This document shows positions 34,779-46,987 of a DNA stretch of 64,000 bases, piece by piece. The stretch is from contig NC_069005.1 in assembly GCF_001194135.2 (NCBI RefSeq), forward strand, positions 9,890,267-9,954,266. The letters run 5' to 3'. The translations under genes and the position numbers were made by a program. The DNA is from Octopus bimaculoides (lineage: Eukaryota). Below the pieces are notes generated by a model, which was not told the origin of the DNA, made no database searches, and saw only the letters and a list, made by a program, of their open reading frames with translations. The stretch's first letter is position 1, and each line of letters opens with the position of its first letter.

Positions 34779-37700
34779 CTAGCAGAGAGATCTGGCCTTG
34801 CTCGAGATTAAAATGGCATAGTTTCTTTTATACTGTTTTACTTGTTTCGGTATTATAATCCGATTTCATTCGGGTCTACTCGGGCCACATTTTAAAGAGG
34901 AGGAATTCGAAAAAAAAAGAAGATATTAGAAATTGGTAATGAAAAAAGCATGCCAAATATTTAAACAGTCTTTGAGAAGCGATTGGAGAAATCTCGCGGA
35001 AGCAGATGTGAAGGGCAAAGAATGAGGGGAAAATGCTAGAAAAAAACAAAACAAAAACAAACCACCAATGACGTCACTGCACAAAACTGAAACAGTATAA
35101 TACGACTGCACTTACAATACGTAGTCACACCCAACCTAATTTTGCAGAATCAGTGTCGCGAAAGCTAACCCATGGGTTAGGAGTTTGACTGGCAGAGGTG
35201 ATCAGGTTGCAGAGGTGGCCAGCAACGTGAAGAAGGTGGATGCATTTGAACTAAAAAATCGAGAAACTTACAATGACTCTAGCGACGAGAGAGTAATAGC
35301 GGTAAGTTCAAAAGTGTTATTGCAGGGCTTCTTTGTAGACAACGTTCCTGGTGTTGCCCGGATTACCACAAATGAAGAGATTGTGTGGACTGCCGATGTG
35401 GGAGCATCCGACGTATAGTTGACCGTGGGTAAATACCTGCTGTGCCAGATCTAGGCCAACTACTTGCAGCGACTGTCCCTGTGCCTTGTTGATGCTTATT
35501 ACAAAGCAAACTTTTACGGGAAAATGTCTTCGCGTAAATTCAAATGGCACGGCAGAGGGACTAAGGCTCATGAGGGGGTTAATAACTGTCACGCCAGCAG
35601 AAGGTCCGTTCAGAAAGGTTGTCGTCAGAATTCGGATCCCAGTTGTTTTGATGATCAGACGCGTATCATTGTATAATTCTGGTGGTTCCACGTTTCTCAG
35701 CAGCATAACTGGAACGCCAATCTTCAGTCTAAGGTCATGAGGTGGAAATCCTGGAGGTAGTTGGCTGTTAAGGAATTCAATAGGGTAGATGACGGTGTCG
35801 TCCGTGTTTTTGTTGGGGGTCAATTGACTTGAACGAGACTTCATCTCCTGCCACCTGATCAAGCAGGTGTTGATTCACTGCGTTAACTGTGGCATTATGT
35901 GGTGCTAAAATAGATCTCTCTTGCAGCTAGTTGTGATCAAGGAATCGTGCCTCGAGGTCTGGGAAAACAGATGACACAAAAATCCCAAACGACAGACGAA
36001 TGTGCTCTTTATCGATTCCATGTGTAGCTCCATTACCAACTTCCGGGAGGAGTTTTGAGAAAACCACAGAGTCTGCGTCACCATGCACTCTCATGTTAGT
36101 AGTCAGGTTTAGTTTCTGGACATATTGCCATAGGTAGGATGACTTGATGCGTTAACTTCGTCAGCTCTGGTGCCTCTAGTGATTACAAGAAGTGTCTGTC
36201 GAAAATCGCCAGCCATCAGTACCGTCGCTCCACCCATTACGTGTGAATTTCGACGCGAGTCTTTGAGAGTTTGGTCTAGAGCCTCAAAGGCCACTATGTG
36301 ACTCATTGTAGCCTCGTCCTAAATGATTAGACAGCAATCACAAAGAAGTTTTCCTTTTGAGTCGCCACGATTTATTTTGCATGTAAGATTCTCCTTCTTT
36401 GCTAGATCCATAGGCAATCGGAATGCGGAGGGTGCCATACGACCGCCATGTAACAGTGACACTGAGGCGACCGCTAAAGCAATCCGCCTGTTTTTCCGCA
36501 GCTTCACAAGCAGTAAGTTGATCGATAATAATATTAATTGTAACTATAGAAGGTGACGGTTTGTTGACAGCGAAAATATTTTTAAAATGCGGATTATGAA
36601 GGTTTGTATGAAAGTTGAACTCAAATATGGAGAACTTAAAAAAAAATTGGACTGATAAACTCGGTTACAACTCGGCTTTCAGCATTTGTCAGAAGGAAAA
36701 TAACAGTGGATATAGGTACAAAAAAAAAAAAAGTACTTGCACATCAACACGGGATCTTTGGCTTTGATTGGCCTGATTAGCAAGAAGGGGGGGGGGCGGC
36801 GGCCCTTATTGATGGAAAAAAAACAATAGACGATATGGATAGGATCTATAAGGCGTGTCTGGGCATTTTATTCAATATGCTGACGGAAAAATAATCTTTA
36901 ACGTAGACATGAAGGCGAACTTGCCATCGCAGTTGATTTATAACGATAATAATAGTAGCTGTAAATGTAGAAGGCGATAGCATATTTACAGCGAAATAAA
37001 GTTCTCGTTGACGTGCAAGTTAAAAATTGCATAGTATTAAATTAGTTTGTATTTAATTTTAAATCACTAATGAAGAAATTAAAAAGAAACTGAATGGATT
37101 AACTCGGCAACAAAAATTTTCAAGCAGAATTAACATTTAATAGATTGAAAATAAAAAAAAGTCGGTAAAAAAAATAATAAAACGAACCTATGCACGGGCC
37201 TTCCTTCTTTGTAGTTTAAGGGCTGTATTTCTTTTGGTAGAATACACTGGGCGTTTTCGGTTGGGTGTATCGTATAAACGATAGTATCTAAGTATAATGA
37301 AATTAGTTTATGTTAAATACTAAACAACTGTATGTAAAAGTATGTTTTGGTTGGATATCGAATAACTGAGAGGAAGAAGTCTTTTAAATAAGGAAGCTCG
37401 ATATAAAATTTATGCATTGAGTACTGAATGATAATGTTAGAAAGAAAATGTTCTGAGATTATTAAGGTTTTCTGATTTTGAAATGCATTATAAAATACCT
37501 TTCTAAAATCACTTCTTTAACTTTCAAAGACATCTCAACGCTTCTAAAGCAAACTTCGTTTATTTGTTTACGTTCATTGTAATTTGAATTATAAAATAAA
37601 ATTATTTTTTTAAAAAGGCACAGCAAAAGGGCAGACATGTAAAATATAGCGCTAATATTGAAGAGAAAATAGTCTGTGGTATTTTACGTATCACGAATTT

Positions 37701-38209
37701 GTAATTCTTTACCAAAAAATGCAAATTTAGGCATTAAATCATCCAAGAGAAATCAACGGCAAAACTGGCACTTACCAAAAGAACATGTCCAACTCGAGTG
37801 AAAATTGACTAAACCTCAACTTCAGCTTAGAGAGAGAGAGAGGTGGGGGAGGAAGAGTGACAAACAGATAACGAAGACGGGAAGGGAAAGAGAGAGAGCT
37901 TTCAGCTCTCAGATTCCGTTCTAGAGACAAAGTGAAGGAAAGGGAGGAAAGAGAGAGAGAGGAAGAAAGGCTGTTACGTATAGAAAGAGAGAACACAAAC
38001 ACTTGTCGAAGTCCGTTGAAAGACGATGAATTTTTGCCCTAGCAGCCATGCATTTCAATGGAACAAACTGAAATTTGCCATGCATACTCGCTAGCACGTT
38101 GCCCGCAGGCGTGCAGATTTTCAGCTCAATCCAAACACGTTTACTAACACTTTCGCCTGCACAACTGCACGCGAGACAACGTCCGCCCTTTTCACAAATA
38201 TAGAATAGA
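34779..38209 (-). mobile_element. Non-autonomous Helitron (internal-deletion derivative)
   Basis: 3' end is an imperfect hairpin TCTCGAGCAAGGCCAGA followed by TCTCTCTGCTAG ending at 34779. Internal helicase relic. Candidate 5' end TCTATTCTATATTTGTGAAAAGGG at 38209, which is less certain. Confidence 0.65.
35317..36522 (-). pseudogene. Helitron PIF1-family (SF1B) helicase, C-terminal portion, disrupted
   Basis: Collinear motifs INLLL..RIALAVAS..LLHGGRMAPSAFRLP; MSHIVAFEALD..GDFRQTL; LTTNMRV; RSILAPHN..VN; YPIEFLNS..PPHDLRLKIGVPVMLLRN; FPVKVCFVISINKAQGQSL..VFTHGQLYVGCS; TRNVVYKE. Walker A and the Rep domain are absent; stops and frameshifts present. Confidence 0.93.
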
Positions 38210-38213
38210 ATAT

Positions 38214-38690
38214 AAGGCGGCGAGCTAGCAGAAACGTTAGCGCACCGGACGAAATGCTTAGAGGTATTCGTCTGCCGTTACGTTCTGAGTTCAAATTCCA
38301 CCGAGGTCGACTTGGGCTTTCATCCTTTCGGGGTCGATAAATTAAGTACCATGTTATCGACTTAATCCGTTTGTCTGTCTTTGTTTGCCCCCTCTATGTT
38401 TAGCCCCTTGTGGACAATAAAGAAATAATAAGCGTTAGCACACCGGGCGAAATGCTTAGAGGTAGTTCATCTGTCTTTACGTTCTGAGATCAGATTCCGC
38501 CGAGGTCGACTTTGCCTTTCATCCTTTCGAGGTCGATAAACCAAGTACCAGTTACGAACTGAGGTCGATCTAATCGACTTAATCCCTTTGTCTGTCTTTA
38601 TTTGCACCCCTCTATGTTTACGCACTGGGGTTGATCTAATCGACTGGACTCCTCCCCCAAAATTTCGGGCCTTGTACCTAGAGTAGCATA
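38214..38690 (+). mobile_element. SINE type B tandem array (head-core-X-head-core-X'-tail2)
   Basis: Complete 5' AAGGCGGCGAGCTAGCAG, module X at ~38360-38430, restart at AAGCGTTAGCACACCGGG, partial X, then tail-2. Confidence 0.9.
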
Positions 38691-39364
38691 GATTTATATC
38701 ATATTATAGGATAGACAGATAAAATCGCTTTGTTCGAAAACTTTCGAATCTTCATGTAGCCCTAAAAACGGTTGGTTCGTCACAACTGGAACATCATTGG
38801 TGGAAGGCCTGCATATACCCCCCACAACACAAGTAAGTACATAAATTCAAAACAAGATGGACAAAATAGTACACGAATACCAAACGTAGAGTAATATACA
38901 TTATATATAAGCCGTAAATTTTATCACAAACTACGCGCTCACACACACACACACATATAAGGATAACATCCAGAGCTGACGGTTAACAGATATAGGAAAA
39001 AGCGTATGCAAGTGGAATGTTTCCTGGCTTTATAGAATACCAGATTCGTCAATAGAACACCAATAGATACAAATGTTAGTAGTTTATAGAAGGGCAACAC
39101 CATATTCGATAATGTAATGTTCGTAAATAACACACCCTGGAACGAGTTGGTTTATAAGCTTAGGAAAAATACTACAAGACACTAATCTTAATAGCAACAG
39201 CGAAGACACGAATGTGGAAACAGGCAGGTCCGCCATGTATATCGTTGATAAGCCTCGTGTGTGTTTACACAACGAATATATATATACATACATGCTTGCA
39301 CACATACACACGTGTGTATTAATGTTTGTTTTCATGCCAAGTTATATATAAAAATGTTTTAGCA

Positions 39365-39603
39365 TTAACCCTTTAGCATTCAGATTACTGTCAAATGTAA
39401 TGCGTGTTTATTCACATTGTTTTGAATTAATCATGTGCTATCTCGCAGCTTAGAGATTTCCATAATGCGATTGGCTATTTCAATTATTTTTTCTTTTAAT
39501 GACATTGTTAGGTAGGAGTGAGGCGTTGGATCTGGTTAGTTTGAATATAAAACCAAAGGAATATTTGGGTTAGAATTGAATGGTTTAAATGCTAAAGGCG
39601 AAA
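39365..39603. mobile_element. piggyBac-like MITE
   Basis: TTAA|CCCTTTAGCATT at the left and AATGCTAAAGG at the right (11-bp inverted match). The right TTAA is degraded. Confidence 0.5.
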
Positions 39604-39661
39604 ATGAAGGATTACTAGAATCACTCTATACTTTTGCGTATGGTTCATTTTTTATACTTCT

Positions 39662-39885
39662 ATTCTTTTATTCCTTTACTTGCTTCAGTCATTTGACTTC
39701 GGCCTTGCTGGAGCACCGCCTTGAAGTTTTTTGCTCGAAAGAATCGACCCCAGGTTTTATTTTTTAAAACCGTAGTACATACTCTATCAGTTTCTTTAGT
39801 TGAATCTCTAAGTTGCGTGAATCTAATCACACCAACACCGGTAGTCAAGCGGTGGTGGAGGACAAACAGACACAAAAACACGTAT
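39662..39885 (-). mobile_element. SINE type A 3' half
   Basis: TTCAGTCATTTGACTTCGGCCTTGCTGGAGCACCGCC...AATCGACCCCAGG...CACCAACACCGGTAGTCAAGCG. Confidence 0.8.
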
Positions 39886-39948
39886 CCACATACACTCGCA
39901 TACACACACGCATATGTATATATATACATATATACACACATACACATA

Positions 39949-40100
39949 TCTAATATATATAAATCCCAGTATGTATGTCTATATTGGCTAATGCATACAT
40001 TTCCACAACTCCGATTTTCACCAGACTTTACACACACATTACTTATGTGCCAAGGATGGTCATGCACTATAACATTTTGCCCAGAGCTCCCGCATAAACT
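39949..40100 (+). mobile_element. Possible Helitron-like 5' terminus
   Basis: A|TCTAATATATATAAATCCCAGTATGTATGTCT resembles the 5' end at 34778. No clear hairpin-CTAG 3' end. Confidence 0.4.
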
Positions 40101-40589
40101 GATAAACCTGGAAAAACTGTGGTTTATACAGGTTTTTCTCTAATTCATTGTATGTACATATTTTTTGTATGCAACATATTCCATACTTTTTAAAATCTAT
40201 ATGCTCGTATATTGGCATAAGAGAATATTTTTTAGTGGTTTTCACATTTTCGATTTATTATTTATTTATGAGTTGCAATTGTGTATTATTACTTTCTATA
40301 TTTTTTATATGAGTATTGGTGTATATTGTTTGAGGGTTTTGGTTGGAGAATATTATAAAAGTGAAAGGATTTTGTCTATTTATTTATTTCGAATGTTTTC
40401 CATATTTTAAAATCTATATGGTCCTATATTTGCATTACAGAATATTTTTTTAGTTGTGTTTGCTAAGTATATGCATAAGAAAAGAAAATGGAGAAATCAA
40501 CAGACAGACATCAAAATGTCAGTGCCTTACAACCTGGGAACTTGGATGCTCTCATCCTAGAAATGATAAGTATATATATATATATATAG

Positions 40590-40728
40590 ACAACGGGTTT
40601 CTTTCAGTTTCCGTTTACTAAATCCACTCAAGGAATTTTTCGGTCCTAGGCTAGAGCAAGGTATCATACAGTGGGACTGAACGCGGAACCACGTGGTTGG
40701 AAAGCAAGCTTTTGACCACAGAGCCACA
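40590..40728 (-). mobile_element. SINE type A head, deleted
   Basis: CTTTCAGTTTCCGTTTACTAAATCCACTC...CAGTGGGACTGAACGC...GTGGTTGGAAAGCAAGC. Confidence 0.75.
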
Positions 40729-41105
40729 AAAAAAGTTTGAAAGTGACTTCGAAGTTTCGGATTACCAGAAATGTAGAAAAGATTGCACGATTTGTGTGCA
40801 TTTGAGCGTATTATCATCATTTTTTGAATGACCTGTTCCTAGTTCGAATTTAACTTTGGAACCTAAAAGTACATATCTGGAAATAATTACACCTGATGGA
40901 CGAACGAGAAAAACGATCAGAGAAGAAAGGTTGAGGAGCAAAGAGTGAAAGAAAGAAAGAAAGAATGTATGGATGAATGAAACGCGGAGAAATTAAGTAA
41001 AATAACGAAAAGAAACGAACGAGAAATTGGTAAATGAAAAGAACAGAAAAGGAAAAAAGGAGGAAACCAACATGACGTAAAGAAACACAATAAAGAAGAC
41101 GAGAA

Positions 41106-41144
<39 letters not shown>

Positions 41145-42820
41145 GAAAAAAGAGAGAAAGAAAGAAAAATACAAGAAAATAACGAGAACAACATCAACAA
41201 TAATATGAAGCTTGGTGAGATAAAATTTAAACGAGAGGAAATTAGTCTGAGGACNNNNNNNNNNNNNNNNNNNNNNNNNNNNNNNNNNNNNNNNNNNNNN
41301 NNNNNNNNNNNNNNNNNNNNNNNNNNNNNNNNNNNNNNNNNNNNNNNNNNNNNNNNNNNNNNNNNNNNNNNNNNNNNNNNNNNNNNNNNNNNNNNNNNNN
41401 NNNNNNNNNNNNNNNNNNNNNNNNNNNNNNNNNNNNNNNNNNNNNNNNNNNNNNNNNNNNNNNNNNNNNNNNNNNNNNNNNNNNNNNNNNNNNNNNNNNN
41501 NNNNNNNNNNNNNNNNNNNNNNNNNNNNNNNNNNNNNNNNNNNNNNNNNNNNNNNNNNNNNNNNNNNNNNNNNNNNNNNNNNNNNNNNNNNNNNNNNNNN
41601 NNNNNNNNNNNNNNNNNNNNNNNNNNNNNNNNNNNNNNNNNNNNNNNNNNNNNNNNNNNNNNNNNNNNNNNNNNNNNNNNNNNNNNNNNNNNNNNNNNNN
41701 NNNNNNNNNNNNNNNNNNNNNNNNNNNNNNNNNNNNNNNNNNNNNNNNNNNNNNNNNNNNNNNNNNNNNNNNNNNNNNNNNNNNNNNNNNNNNNNNNNNN
41801 NNNNNNNNNNNNNNNNNNNNNNNNNNNNNNNNNNNNNNNNNNNNNNNNNNNNNNNNNNNNNNNNNNNNNNNNNNNNNNNNNNNNNNNNNNNNNNNNNNNN
41901 NNNNNNNNNNNNNNNNNNNNNNNNNNNNNNNNNNNNNNNNNNNNNATATATATATATATATATATATATATATACGTGAAGTACACACGTGTGTGTAAAA
42001 GAAATTACATTAGCAAGGTGGGGTGGGACTGGAAGAAAGTAGATGAGGTGAAGTTAAAGGAAAGGGAGGAGGTGTAAACTAAATTATAAATTGGTAATTC
42101 CATTAAAGGAATTGATTCCTTGTATCTATTAGAAAAACTGGGTCTTTTTGTTAAAGAAAGGAAATAGGTAAGTGGAGGAGTTGAGGGCGAGGGTGTTGGT
42201 TGTGGTGATGGAGGGGGAGGGGCATAATTGCAGGTATTTCGTACGTCGGAGTTGGAGGAGAGACACTGAGGAGAGTAAGGGAGGAAAGAGAAAAGAGAGG
42301 CGGAGGAGGAAGAGAAGAGAAAGGAGAGAAAAGGGAGCGAGAAAGAGAGAGAAGGAGAGAGGGGAGAGGCAAAAACAGCAATAACGACAAAAATCACATC
42401 TATAACAATAATAACAGTAAAAACAACAGCAATAAAAATGCAATAATAATAATAATAATAATAATGATAATAATTCATTCAGTTATTTTTCACAAGGCCC
42501 AATGCATTCACGCAAAACGTGTTATAAATGATATTATAGGACATGGGTGCAGTGCAGTGCAGCATGTGTGTATGTGCGTGTATGTATACACATATACACA
42601 TACACACACACATACACATACTTTATTTAGGGGTCAAGAAGGCAACCAATGGTTTCATGTTAAGACATTTTCATAATCATTCAAGCACGCCGCATGGAAG
42701 CGTTGGTATTCGTTTCCATTTCTTTTTCCATGAAACCATAGATTCCCATCGTTCGATATTAGCGCATACATACGTCCATACATACATACATACATACGTA
42801 TATACATACATACATACGTA

Positions 42821-42854
<34 letters not shown>

Positions 42855-43654
42855 CATGCATACATACATATNNNNNNNNNNNNNNNNNNNNNNNNNNNNN
42901 NNNNNNNNNNNNNNNNNNNNNNNNNNNNNNNNNNNNNNNNNNNNNNNNNNNNNNNNNNNNNNNNNNNNNNNNNNNNNNNNNNNNNNNNNNNNNNNNNNNN
43001 NNNNNNNNNNNNNNNNNNNNNNNNNNNNNNNNNNNNNNNNNNNNNNNNNNNNNNNNNNNNNNNNNNNNNNNNNNNNNNNNNNNNNNNNNNNNNNNNNNNN
43101 NNNNNNNNNNNNNNNNNNNNNNNNNNNNNNNNNNNNNNNNNNNNNNNNNNNNNNNNNNNNNNNNNNNNNNNNNNNNNNNNNNNNNNNNNNNNNNNNNNNN
43201 NNNNNNNNNNNNNNNNNNNNNNNNNNNNNNNNNNNNNNNNNNNNNNNNNNNNNNNNNNNNNNNNNNNNNNNNNNNNNNNNNNNNNNNNNNNNNNNNNNNN
43301 NNNNNNNNNNNNNNNNNNNNNNNNNNNNNNNNNNNNNNNNNNNNNNNNNNNNNNNNNNNNNNNNNNNNNNNNNNNNNNNNNNNNNNNNNNNNNNNNNNNN
43401 NNNNNNNNNNNNNNNNNNNNNNNNNNNNNNNNNNNNNNNCCCCCCCCCCCAAAAAAAAAACTACATTTTCGAGACGTGAGCCAAAATAACCTTCTACGAA
43501 CATGATATTTCAGATGCCTCAGCCTCGTAGATTACTTAAGTATTTCAGGTGACAGTAATGGTAATTCACCAATTGACACGAAGTGTAAACAAAACATGTA
43601 GAACAATTTCCAACACATCTCAACAAATGGTATTATAGAAACTACGATTGAACT

Positions 43655-43950
43655 TCTGAACGAACCTCTTTTGCACCGAAGATCGAAAATGTGGTCTTCT
43701 GGACGTGCCATCGTTGCTCGTAAAAACGAAAACGTTTCCTTCCGAATTTGCTATTGTTGCACGTAAAAATGACAATGTAGTCTTCTGAAAGTGCTACCTC
43801 TGATATTACAAATAGCAATGCGGTTTTCGGAACGTGCCATTTTTTATCCTAAAAATGAAAATGTGGCCCTTTAAACGTGCTACTCTTGCTCTTAAAAATG
43901 ATAGTGTGGCATTCTGAACGTGCCATCCTTGCTCCTTAAAATGACTAATG
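43655..43950. repeat. Degenerate ~42-bp minisatellite, about 7 units
   Basis: Consensus approximately AAAAATGAAAATGTGGTCTTCTGAACGTGCCATCGTTGCTCGT. Confidence 0.75.
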
Positions 43951-44109
43951 TGCAGGGTGTGTATGTCACCGTCATTTGAGAGATACTAAACCCATAGACA
44001 TTAGTGACAATCTACAACCGAGTGCCCATCATCATCAACCCTGAGTATTACTGTCTCAAGTCCTAGATTACCGGGTTTCCTTGGTGTATTACTGACCGAG
44101 GTCACAACG

Positions 44110-44275
44110 GCACGGCAGTTCATCACAAGGTTACTCATTTACAGCTGAGTGGACTGGAGAAACGTGAAATGAAATGCTTTGCTCAAGAACACAACACACA
44201 GCCTGTCCGAGAGTCGAAACCACGGTCTTGCGATCGTGAACATACAACACCCTAACCACTGGGCCACGTACCTTC
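44110..44275 (-). mobile_element. CORE-like SINE type D fragment
   Basis: GGTTACTCATTTACAGCTGAGTGGACTGG...TTGCTCAAGAACAC...CCCTAACCACTGGGCCA, homologous to 17405-17635. Confidence 0.7.
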
Positions 44276-45002
44276 GCACTCATTATGTTGCTACGAAGCT
44301 TGTATGCAACAAAAGCCTTTAACGGTACAAGACTAAATGCCCACAAAGGGTTCGTGATACCACCAATATACCAACTAGGTCTTCTTCTCTGCAGCGTCAA
44401 TGCCACAGCTTTATTTTCTATCCTCCACAATTTTAAAATGGCTCCATAATATAGAGGAGTTGGAAGTCCAATGTGACTCATCCCGGACACAAGATGATTA
44501 AGGTCATAGCTGTACCTAATACCTGATCACGAATAACATATAGTTTTTACCTGTAGCTCAGAAACGGCTAGGACCATTTTTTCTATATTTCACAACACTA
44601 TACCATTCTTTAGTGACATTAATACGAACTAATTGTTTATGTAACATTTTTTCCCTATGAGATGATGTCCACCAAAATTAGTAGTAGTTTTATTAACAGA
44701 ATTGCAACATAATAACATTGGCAATAACTTAGCAGACTTGTGACGTAACAAATGTAGCAGTAGCATGAAAGAATGGTTACGTAAGAGAACTGGCAAGACT
44801 ACGACAAAATTGGATGTAACTGAAAAGAAATGCAACATAAAATTGGCTATAGCACAACAGAATCGCAACATAAGAGAACGCAACAAAATTGTAATAACTG
44901 AATTGGAAGTAACATAAGCGAGGTGAAACTGAATTAGCAACAGAACGTGTGTTTACCTATATACATACATACATACACGCATACATGTATATATATATAT
45001 AT

Positions 45003-45385
45003 AGGTGTATGGCGCAACTGTGTAGTTAAGAAGCAGGATTTGCAACGATGTAAGTTTTGGGTTCAGTCCCACTGCGCGGCACCTTAAGTAAATGTTTTCT
45101 ACTGTAACTCCAGGCTGACCAATGCCATGTGAGTGAATTAGCTAGATAGTAACTGTGTGTAAGCCTGTCGTATACAGAAATGTCTGCGTGTATGTGTGTG
45201 TGAGCATTTGTGCATTCCCGCTTAATCGCTTAGCAACCGGTGTTGGTTTATCTCCTCGTAACGTAGCAGCTCGGCAAAAAGGACTGATAGAATAAATACT
45301 AGATTTGGAGAAAAAAATACTCGTATCAATTTGTTCAATTAAATCCTTCAACGCGTGTCCCAGCATGACCGCAGTGAAATAACTG

Positions 45386-45390
<5 letters not shown>
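45003..45390 (+). mobile_element. SINE type A, full-length, diverged
   Basis: GGTTCAGTCCCACTGCGCGGCACCTT...GCAACCGGTGTTGG...CGGCAAAA...CCAGCATGACCGCAG. Confidence 0.8.
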
Positions 45391-45417
<27 letters not shown>

Positions 45418-46302
45418 ATATATACATTATATATATATACATTATANNNNNNNNNNNNNNNNNNNNNNNNNNNNNNNNNNNNNNNNNNNNNNNNNNNNNN
45501 NNNNNNNNNNNNNNNNNNNNNNNNNNNNNNNNNNNNNNNNNNNNNNNNNNNNNNNNNNNNNNNNNNNNNNNNNNNNNNNNNNNNNNNNNNNNNNNNNNNN
45601 NNNNNNNNNNNNNNNNNNNNNNNNNNNNNNNNNNNNNNNNNNNNNNNNNNNNNNNNNNNNNNNNNNNNNNNNNNNNNNNNNNNNNNNNNNNNNNNNNNNN
45701 NNNNNNNNNNNNNNNNNNNNNNNNNNNNNNNNNNNNNNNNNNNNNNNNNNNNNNNNNNNNNNNNNNNNNNNNNNNNNNNNNNNNNNNNNNNNNNNTATAT
45801 ATATATAAATATAAATATATATATATATTTAAATATATATGTATGTATATATGTGTATATATGTATGTATGTCTGTATGTATGTATATTTACAATATAAC
45901 AAGATATTTTGAGATGTATTCTATGGAATACCCATATGCCTGGTACATATATGAAATGTCCCTAGGTAGGTTTCACTTCATTAATTCACGACTAAGTTGA
46001 GAACCTCTGGAGATGTTTTATAAACCTCACAAGGAAACAAAATTGGGATCCGCTGTAACTATTCTCGTTCAATTTAGTTTCTTTCTTTCTCACTCTCTCC
46101 TTCTTTCAATAGACACACACATTTATGAATATGTCGTCCATATTTGCTGCGACTATCTCAATCCAGAGTACAAATCACAAATCGATTGAGTTAATTTTGT
46201 CTCTTATCGATTTGGAATCGATGAACAAAGCGGCAGCGGAGGACGATGGATTTGTGGAAAGCAAGATCGCCGAAAGACATGCTTTACCGTTTTCGCTTCG
46301 GC

Positions 46303-46632
46303 GAAATGGAGCAATAATTAACAATGAGAAGTGGATCATTGGTGTTTTAAAGTCATTCTTTAATTAAATTAGGAGTATGTTTAATGACTTGTCACTAAAA
46401 TGTAAGACTACTGCTTTAACGAACTCTTTTTCTCCTTGTTCCCTTCTATTTTACCTTTGCCTTCTTTTTCCATATAATCGTTCTGAACATGTTTATCAAT
46501 TATAACGAAGTAAATGCAAATTTACCTCATTTTGATAAATAGAAACAGTTGTAAATTTACCCCTAATTTGATTAAACAATGATTTTAAAACACCAATTAT
46601 CCACTTCTCATTGTTAATCATTGCTCCATTTC
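46303..46632. mobile_element. Foldback/MITE with 71-bp inverted repeats
   Basis: 46303-46373 and 46562-46632 are reverse-complementary at 66/71 positions, with a ~190-bp spacer. Confidence 0.8.
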
Positions 46633-46800
46633 TTATCGTGTCTATATATATTAAACCACAGTTTTACCTTTAAATTACCTACTACCGTATACCTTAGAAC
46701 AAGGACCATTCATACTATGGCAATTACCAGAAGTGCCTATGGATACATGTAACCCTTAGATAGTTGCGTAACCTCTAACTTATATCCTACTTAATCTATA

Positions 46801-46839
<39 letters not shown>

Positions 46840-46936
46840 TTTGCTGTCTCTCTGACTCTCTCTGTATATATATATATATATATATACTAGCAGTATNNNN
46901 NNNNNNNNNNNNNNNNNNNNNNNNNNNNNNNNNNNN

Positions 46937-46980
<44 letters not shown>

Positions 46981-46987
46981 TATATAT

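Noticed and set aside
35317-35862. Host PIF1 gene
   Set aside because: Intronless, disrupted, lacks Walker A, has Helitron-type motifs and sits upstream of a hairpin-CTAG end.
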